NCBI GenBank assembly: GCA_965261085.1
Contig: OZ253442.1
Location: forward strand, 3,776,001-3,840,000
Direction: 5' to 3'
DNA length: 64,000 nucleotides
DNA from: a bacterium
Lineage (GTDB): Bacteria > UBA8248
Shown here: piece by piece, positions 57,528 to 64,000 of the stretch
Layout: every line of letters begins with the position of its first letter
Numbering within the stretch: the first letter of the stretch is position 1
Translations under genes and position numbers: made by a program
Notes under the pieces: generated by a model
Seen by the model: only the letters and a program-made list of their open reading frames with translations
Databases searched by the model: none
Told to the model about the DNA's origin: nothing

Positions 57528-59315
57528 TTACGATATCGTCCCACCATTCGTTGCACTATTGATTTCACTGGAAAGAGACATTTCCTCGTTTGCAAACGGC
57601 ATTTCATAGAGTCTTTGGTACAAACCACCTCGCTTCATTAACTCATCGTGCGTCCCCTTCTCCACAATCCGTCCCCCATCGAGTACGATGATCAAATCAG
57701 CGTTTCGGACCGTTGAGAGCCTATGAGCCACCACGAACGTGGTGCGACCCTTCATCAATGGCTCAAGAGCTTCTTGAATCAACTGCTCGCTCTCTGTGTC
57801 GAGCGCGCTCGTGGCTTCATCAAGCAGCAAAATAGAAGGATCCCTCAAAATCGCGCGAGCAATGGCGATGCGCTGGCGTTCCCCACCTGATAGGCGTACT
57901 CCCTCTTCACCCAGCATGGTCTCATACCCATTTTGAAATTCCATAATAAAATTATGGGCATTGGCCGCTTTCGCCGCCGAGATTATTTCTTCACGGCTGG
58001 CAGGCCTCTTCGCCCCATAGGCGATGTTGTTTGCCGCCGTATCATTAAACAAAATCACTTGCTGGGTTACTACGGCGATCTGGGCGCGCAAGCTATTCAG
58101 TGAATACAGGGACGCTTCTTTCCCGTCGAAGGAAATACTCCCCCGACTGGGTAAATAAAAGCGCGGGATCAAATCCAGCAAAGTGCTTTTTCCCGCACCG
58201 CTCATCCCTACAACAGCCAGGATACAACCCGCCGGCACTTCGACATCGATATCCTCCAGCGTAACTTCATCTGAATAGGAAAAGTGCACACCCTCGAATC
58301 GAACATGTTGGGAAAGCCGCCCCATCGCTTCGCCATCTAAGTTCTTGTCTTCTTGAAGATGTTCATCCAAAATTTCAAAGACCGCCTGGCCACCCGCAAT
58401 TCCTTCCACCAGGCTATGAGACACACTGGTGAAGGATTTCAGCGGGCCGTAGGCCATGCCCAGGGCAACCGCGAAACTCGTCAGCTTTCCTGGATCCATA
58501 CTTCCCTGGATGACCGACTGAGCGCCAAACCACAAAATCCCCGCCCCCAAAATACCACCTATGATCTCCACAATTGGAGGCGCCAGCGAGCGAACCCGCA
58601 TGGCCCGCATTACGGTGTCAAAAAAGGAGCGGGTGGCGCGTACAAAACGGCTCTCCTCCTCACCTTCCGCTCCAAACGCTTTGACAACACGAATCCCCAC
58701 ATAGGTTTCCTTCATCAAGTTGCTCATGTCGCCCATGCGCGCCTGGCTTCTCCGTGTGATTCGGCGAATCTTCTCTCCCATCGTCACAACCAAAAATGCC
58801 ACCAAGGGAATGATGACGATGAATATCACCGCCATTTGGGGACTCTGGTAAATGGCCACACCAAGTAAGGCGATAAAAGTGAACCCATGCCGTAGCAAAT
58901 CCCGCACAGAGTTAGTCGCCGCATTCTGCATTAAAGAGATGTCATAAATGACTTTTGACATCAGTTCTCCGGTCGTCTTCATCTCAAAAAACCGAATCGG
59001 TAAATGAAGAAGATGCCGGTGGAGCTCATTTCTGACATCCATCACCACATGCTGACCAACCCAGTGCATGAAATAATTCTGGAAATAAGCGGCGATGCCT
59101 TTTGTCATATAGACGATGACCAGAGACAAACAAATCAAAAAGACAATGTCGGAGCGCTTCGAGATTAAAATATCATTGATGACATGTTGAACGAGGTAAG
59201 CGGGATACGCATTCAGACCACCAACAATGATTGTACAGGCGACAGCGATGCTGAACCGAAACCGGTACGGACGTAAATATTTCAGGAGTCTGAGATAAAC
59301 CTGGGTGCGGCTCAT
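57528..59315 (-). CDS. msbA: Lipid A export ABC transporter
   Basis: Fused TMD-NBD; GMSGAGKST, LSGGERQR, DEATSALD; LPS gene context. Confidence 0.82.
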   Translation of the reverse strand: MSRTQVYLRLLKYLRPYRFRFSIAVACTIIVGGLNAYPAYLVQHVINDILISKRSDIVFLICLSLVIVYMTKGIAAYFQNYFMHWVGQHVVMDVRNELHRHLLHLPIRFFEMKTTGELMSKVIYDISLMQNAATNSVRDLLRHGFTFIALLGVAIYQSPQMAVIFIVIIPLVAFLVVTMGEKIRRITRRSQARMGDMSNLMKETYVGIRVVKAFGAEGEEESRFVRATRSFFDTVMRAMRVRSLAPPIVEIIGGILGAGILWFGAQSVIQGSMDPGKLTSFAVALGMAYGPLKSFTSVSHSLVEGIAGGQAVFEILDEHLQEDKNLDGEAMGRLSQHVRFEGVHFSYSDEVTLEDIDVEVPAGCILAVVGMSGAGKSTLLDLIPRFYLPSRGSISFDGKEASLYSLNSLRAQIAVVTQQVILFNDTAANNIAYGAKRPASREEIISAAKAANAHNFIMEFQNGYETMLGEEGVRLSGGERQRIAIARAILRDPSILLLDEATSALDTESEQLIQEALEPLMKGRTTFVVAHRLSTVRNADLIIVLDGGRIVEKGTHDELMKRGGLYQRLYEMPFANEEMSLSSEINSATNGGTIS

Positions 59316-59518
59316 CTGGGATTCTCTTGAAAATTCAACTTAGGTGTCATATGAACCAGCTCAAAAGGCACACCCAATCGACTCGCCTCCCCCTCAGTTT
59401 GCCACCCGGTTGCCCAATTTGTAGAACCTTGCGCCCGCGATTGATAAGAGAAGTAGCCTCGAGGGGGGATTCTTTCCCCCTGCCTCCCATACCCGGGGAG
59501 GCTTCTTTATGGACAACG

Positions 59519-60343
59519 TTAAGAGGACTCACGTCCCCGACATAGCTCCCACAAAAAGGCGGCGCGCATGAACACATAATAAGCAGAACCAACTGATACC
59601 CATAGCCCCTGAACGCCATCCCTAAGGCCCATCTTCAAGATGTAGCTTTTGAAAAAACGCCAAAGTGGGCGGATGACAAAATCACCTACCCCAGGTCGTA
59701 CTCCCTTGGAAAATAAATCTTCCGCCGACAACTCGGCGTATTTCACTTGTCGCTGGATGAAATCTACAAACTCATCGTAACTACGGTGTTCCAGTGGGGC
59801 TGAAAACACACCCACATGCCCATGTACCAAGACGGATTCGTGAACACTTTTCTCGTTAAACTCTCCCGCATCACGCCGGAACAGTCGCACCTGATAATCC
59901 GGCCAAAGATCGCCATGACGGAGCCAGCGGCCAAAGAATATATTCTTTCGGGGCACCCGAAACCCCTTTGCAGGACCATCGGTAGACAAAACAGAGAGAA
60001 TTTCCTTGGTAAGCTCAGGACTTACGCATTCATCTGCATCCAGACTCAATATCCAGGAATGACTCGCTTTCGAGATAGCGAAATTTTTTTGCGCCGCATA
60101 GCCTTGCCAAGAATGTTGAATGATTAGCGCTCCACGTTTTTGGCATATTTCCTGGGTCCCATCCGTACTACCTGCATCTACAATAATAATTTCATCCGCC
60201 CAGGAAACGCTGTCGATGCATGCACCGATGTGTTCCGCCTCATTATGGGCAACAATCGTGACGCTAATCGATTCCCTTTTCGCTCTGGATACAAGCTTCT
60301 CGCCTGTATTGGCTTCGGCAGATGTTTCCGCCAAGCCAGACAT
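59519..60343 (-). CDS. GT2 glycosyltransferase (WaaE/KdtX-like)
   Basis: DAGSTDGT, LSLDADE, VHE; LPS operon. Confidence 0.88.
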   Translation of the reverse strand: MSGLAETSAEANTGEKLVSRAKRESISVTIVAHNEAEHIGACIDSVSWADEIIIVDAGSTDGTQEICQKRGALIIQHSWQGYAAQKNFAISKASHSWILSLDADECVSPELTKEILSVLSTDGPAKGFRVPRKNIFFGRWLRHGDLWPDYQVRLFRRDAGEFNEKSVHESVLVHGHVGVFSAPLEHRSYDEFVDFIQRQVKYAELSAEDLFSKGVRPGVGDFVIRPLWRFFKSYILKMGLRDGVQGLWVSVGSAYYVFMRAAFLWELCRGRESS

Positions 60344-60347
60344 CTTT

Positions 60348-60545
60348 CTAGCCTTTTCCTTGGGCTTTCTCCCACTCATCAAGCGGGATGGCCTCGTCCA
60401 CAAGCATGATGGGGATGCCATCTTCGATTTTATAGACCAACCCCGATTCCCGAGCGATCAAAAAATTCCCATCTCCGCTTAATTCAAGCGGAGTCTTGGT
60501 GACTGGGCATGCCAAGATCTCCAACAACTCTTTATCCACGCTCAT
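60348..60545 (-). CDS. Trm112/YcaR family protein
   Basis: LLEILACPVTK...YKIEDGIPIML. Confidence 0.9.
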   Translation of the reverse strand: MSVDKELLEILACPVTKTPLELSGDGNFLIARESGLVYKIEDGIPIMLVDEAIPLDEWEKAQGKG

Positions 60546-60647
60546 CTTCCGCTTATCTCCAATTTTCAACCGAACTCCCGAAACGACATTCGCACCTTCA
60601 AATCGCTGGTTACACCACTTCTGAAACTTGAAAATCACCCGCTTTTT

Positions 60648-61736
60648 TCAAGAAACTCCTCTAGTTTCGCATATCTCGCCAAGTTTTTCATGGGCCAGGC
60701 GCAGCCGGATCAGCCCATCCATTGCCTCTTCGATTTTCACGCGTTCCAGACACTCGATATCGGGACATTTTCTCGCATAACAGCCACTGCAAGCGAGTCG
60801 ATGATGTAAAACCAAATGCCCTTCTCCCCATGGACCGTTTCTCACGGGTTCCGTAGGTCCCATGATCGTCAAACATCGAATCCCCATGGCGGCAGCGAGA
60901 TGCATGGGACCCGAGTCGCCACCCACAAAACAAGAGCCGCGCCGAATCAAGGCCATCATTTCGCGAATACTCGTCGCAGGAGCAACATAGGGTTGTGTTC
61001 TCATTGAGCCCGTCACTTCTTCCGCTATCTTTTCCTCTCCCGGACCCCATATCAAAAGGACATCTCCCATGTCGTTTTCATGCCAATGATCGGCGAGTTG
61101 CGCAAAACGATCCGGCGCCCAGCGTTTCGTCACCCACCCACCCCCGGGATGAATGACCAACAGGGGGCGGCCGTCCTGATGCCCCAAGCCCTCCAAATAC
61201 TTTTCCGCCTGCTCCCCTTCTCCCTGCGTTTCATGAAGAGGAAACCGGTATTGCTCCTTTTGAGGAATGGGTAAATCGAGAGGTTTCAGGAGAGCCAGAT
61301 TTTTTTCCACCACATGGTGGGGATTTTCCGGGGGGAACACTTGATGCGTCGTAAAAAGTACGTTCATGCCCTCCCTGCAATAACGATGCTCAAACCCTAT
61401 GCGAACAGGCGCTCCCGATGCCCAAGTCAACAAACCGCTTTTGATCAGCCCTTGGGCATCCAGCGCCACGTCGGCGCCTACATTCTTCACAGCCAGTAGG
61501 TCACGTCTGAAAGCGGAGAAACCGCCGGATAACAGGTTTTTCCGCCATGCCCTGGTATCAATGGTCAAAACTTCATCTATATCTGAATTTTCAAGAAGCA
61601 CTTCTCGTGGGGCGAATTCAACTGCCCAGGTGATATGGGAATCAGGCCGCGCATCCTTGATGGCCGACGCCAGGGGGAGGGTATGAACGACGTCGCCTAT
61701 CGCGCCCAATCGGATGATGAGGAATCGCTCACCCAT
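60648..61736 (-). CDS. waaC: LPS heptosyltransferase I-like (GT9); start could lie further upstream
   Basis: IRLGAIGDVVHTLP, DAQGLIKS, GDSGPMHLAAA. Confidence 0.8.
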   Translation of the reverse strand: MGERFLIIRLGAIGDVVHTLPLASAIKDARPDSHITWAVEFAPREVLLENSDIDEVLTIDTRAWRKNLLSGGFSAFRRDLLAVKNVGADVALDAQGLIKSGLLTWASGAPVRIGFEHRYCREGMNVLFTTHQVFPPENPHHVVEKNLALLKPLDLPIPQKEQYRFPLHETQGEGEQAEKYLEGLGHQDGRPLLVIHPGGGWVTKRWAPDRFAQLADHWHENDMGDVLLIWGPGEEKIAEEVTGSMRTQPYVAPATSIREMMALIRRGSCFVGGDSGPMHLAAAMGIRCLTIMGPTEPVRNGPWGEGHLVLHHRLACSGCYARKCPDIECLERVKIEEAMDGLIRLRLAHEKLGEICETRGVS

Positions 61737-61887
61737 ACGCGGCTGCTCTCCCCATGCGCATGGCGAGGTCCGTGGAAGAATGCTCATTGGAGTCTCCACA
61801 AATGACGACTTCCCCTCCATAGCTTCTTACCGTTTTCGGGTTCGGGCGCCGTGCCTAGCGTGTCGTCCATCCCCTTTTCCTGGATGC

Positions 61888-62880
61888 TCACGCGCCCTCC
61901 TCCTCGAACGTCGCCAGGAGTTCATGAGGTTCCACGACCGTCGTTCCCGCCTTCATTACCACCAACCCCGCCGCGCGATTCGCGATCTCAGCCGCCTCAC
62001 GCATCCACGCGCCCGCAACCAGAGAGAGTGTGAACGCGGCGATCACCGTATCCCCCGCCCCGGTCACATCGAGCACCTGATCCGACCCATGGATAGGGAT
62101 GTCAGCTCTTGGGACATTTCCTTCAAAGAGGCTCATGCCCTTGTCTCCCCGGGTGATCAAAACTGCCCGGGCGCCCGTCTTTTCAAGCAGAGTAGCTCCC
62201 GCCTCATCAAGACGCTCTTCATCGGGCCAATACCCGAGCATCCCTTCCACTTCCTCTTCGTTGGGCGTGATGGCGGTAACCCCAAAAAACGAATCTCCCG
62301 CATATCGACTGTCCACCGTGATGATGAGTTCGGTGGATAATTTCCGGATTGCATCCTTGACGCCTTTCGTAACGACTCCCAAGCCATAGTCTGAAATCAA
62401 AAGAGCATCCAGGCCGTCATCCGCCATTCGCTCGATCTCACGCACCATCCGGGACTCAAGACTCTCGCTCAAGTCCAGCTTCTTTTCATGATCCACCCGG
62501 ATCACCTGCTGGCGCTTGGTGTTTCGGCCTCCCGCCATGATGCGCGTTTTCGTAGGAGTGACACGCTCGGGATCCGCCCATAAAAGCTCGGTATCGATTC
62601 CGTGTTTCCCCATCGCACGACGGAGCTCCTGGCCCGCTTCATCGGCCCCCAACGCACCGATGGCCCGCACGTTTCCGCCCAAGGCCGCTGCGTTCATCGC
62701 CGCATTTCCGCCGCCGCCGGGAACGATCTCGCGCCCAGTGAAATCCAAAACAAGAACCGGCGCTTCCCTGCTGATGCGAGAGGTGGCGCCATAGATGAAT
62801 TCATCCGCAATGAAATCACCCATCACCGCCACACGGATGGACGAAAATCTTTGGATATATCCCTCCAGTGGTGAACTCAT
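61888..62880 (-). CDS. rfaE1: D-glycero-beta-D-manno-heptose-7-phosphate kinase (RfaE domain I)
   Basis: RISREAPV, TPTKTRI, ISDYG, DVTGAGDTV. Confidence 0.88.
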   Translation of the reverse strand: MSSPLEGYIQRFSSIRVAVMGDFIADEFIYGATSRISREAPVLVLDFTGREIVPGGGGNAAMNAAALGGNVRAIGALGADEAGQELRRAMGKHGIDTELLWADPERVTPTKTRIMAGGRNTKRQQVIRVDHEKKLDLSESLESRMVREIERMADDGLDALLISDYGLGVVTKGVKDAIRKLSTELIITVDSRYAGDSFFGVTAITPNEEEVEGMLGYWPDEERLDEAGATLLEKTGARAVLITRGDKGMSLFEGNVPRADIPIHGSDQVLDVTGAGDTVIAAFTLSLVAGAWMREAAEIANRAAGLVVMKAGTTVVEPHELLATFEEEGA

Positions 62881-62881
62881 A

Positions 62882-63484
62882 CTAGTGATTCCCGGCCTCA
62901 TTCAAAATGATTTCCACTGCATGATAGGCATCTTGCGCCACGAAATCGGGCTGGCGGGGCCACTGCGCTCCACGAAGCTCTCTTTCTCCCCGCCCATACC
63001 CTGTGAGCAAAAGGCCTGACCTACAACCCGCGCGCCAGCCTGCTTCCAAATCGGAATACTTGTCTCCCAGCATGACGGAATTTCCCAAATCGATATCGTG
63101 CTCCGCCGCCGCCTTCAAGAGCATCCCCGGATAGGGTTTTCGCATCTTGCAGTCAACCGCATAATCGAGATTGTCTCCGTTCGGGACGTGTGGGCAATAG
63201 TAGATTGCGTCAAGCCGCGCACCTTTGCCATTGAGCTCATCCTGAAGCTTGCGGTGCACTTTTTCCAGCATGGATTCGGGGAAATAGCCCCTGGCCACGC
63301 CGGCCTGGTTCGTAATCAAAACGGCAAGCCACCTCGCCTCGTTCACTTTTCGGACGGCCGCCGCCGCCCTGGGGAGGAGTTCATACACGTCGAGGTGAGT
63401 GACGTAGCCTACGTCACGATTCAGAGTTCCGTCCCTGTCGAAAAATACCGCCGGCCTCTTCGTGACGCCTTTCTCAATTTCCAT
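62882..63484 (-). CDS. gmhB: D,D-heptose 1,7-bisphosphate phosphatase
   Basis: FFDRDGTLN, TNQAG, CPH...C..RKP, GD..SD. Confidence 0.92.
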   Translation of the reverse strand: MEIEKGVTKRPAVFFDRDGTLNRDVGYVTHLDVYELLPRAAAAVRKVNEARWLAVLITNQAGVARGYFPESMLEKVHRKLQDELNGKGARLDAIYYCPHVPNGDNLDYAVDCKMRKPYPGMLLKAAAEHDIDLGNSVMLGDKYSDLEAGWRAGCRSGLLLTGYGRGERELRGAQWPRQPDFVAQDAYHAVEIILNEAGNH

Positions 63485-64000
63485 CTTTCCCTATTCCCAT
63501 TTTTTTGTTCAGCAACCCGATGGCTTCGCTCGCCACTTCTTCAGGCGTAATCTGTTTCATGCAGTTGTGATGACGGAGAGGACATGTTCTCGCGAAACAC
63601 GGGCTGCAATCGAGATTCCTGTGAATACTCCGATTCCAAGGGCCTCTTGGCGCCGTTCGCCGATAGTCCGTGGGTCCGAACAGCGCAATCGTCGGGGTCC
63701 CGGCAAGTGCGGCTACATGCAGTGGACCAGTATCACCAGATATGAACACATCCAAACTTGACAGCAAGGCGGGCAGTGTTTCCAAAGTATCTCTTCCAGT
63801 GAGATTCACCGCTCGCCCTCCGGACATCATATCCAATTTCCCTGTAAGCGCCAGTTCATCCGGCCCGCCCAATATGAAAACCTGCGCTCCCTCATGATCT
63901 ACGAGTTGGTGAATGAGTTTTTGGAAATATTCCAGCGGCCACGTCTTGGATTCGCCGAAAAAGGCCCCGGGATGAATACCTACTAAAGGCGCATTTTTCC
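63474..64000 (-). CDS. waaF: LPS heptosyltransferase II-like (GT9), 5' part beyond the window
   Basis: GIHPGAFFGESKTWP, NLTGR, GDTGPLHVAA, CSPCF...CP..HHNCM. Confidence 0.8.
   Translation of the reverse strand, partial: KNAPLVGIHPGAFFGESKTWPLEYFQKLIHQLVDHEGAQVFILGGPDELALTGKLDMMSGGRAVNLTGRDTLETLPALLSSLDVFISGDTGPLHVAALAGTPTIALFGPTDYRRTAPRGPWNRSIHRNLDCSPCFARTCPLRHHNCMKQITPEEVASEAIGLLNKKMGIGKDGN

Noticed and set aside
53574-64000. Novelty in the dapA / carboxypeptidase / LPS region
   Set aside because: These are ordinary housekeeping genes in an expected arrangement.

Overview
The window has two parts. (1) 1 to ~37,950 is a mosaic accessory island. It holds a lower-GC defence-like cluster (Sir2 protein, PD-(D/E)xK-like nuclease, dynamin-like GTPase) and decayed tyrosine-integrase fragments. 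It also holds an IS66-family element (8-bp target duplication CCTTTGCC) whose two terminal inverted repeats were each interrupted at the same base by an identical IS110/IS1111-type element; the non-coding region of that element visibly encodes the IS66 end as its guide sequence. Next is a same-strand array of large surface-protein genes (a lipoprotein, two autotransporters, two domain-shuffled PPC/cadherin proteins). The four largest each sit behind a copy of a conserved 300-450-bp upstream module carrying variable (CTTGAGG)n and poly-G tracts. The array is punctuated by directly oriented ~135-bp att-like sites and ends in two tandem tyrosine integrases, one of which is cut off by such a site. 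(2) ~38,000-64,000 is ordinary Gram-negative chromosome: oxidoreductases, a probable OsmC-like selenoprotein, an aquaporin, an ABC transporter, dapA, a DD-carboxypeptidase and an LPS core/heptose operon. All calls come from reading the sequence and translations by eye; no database search was run.
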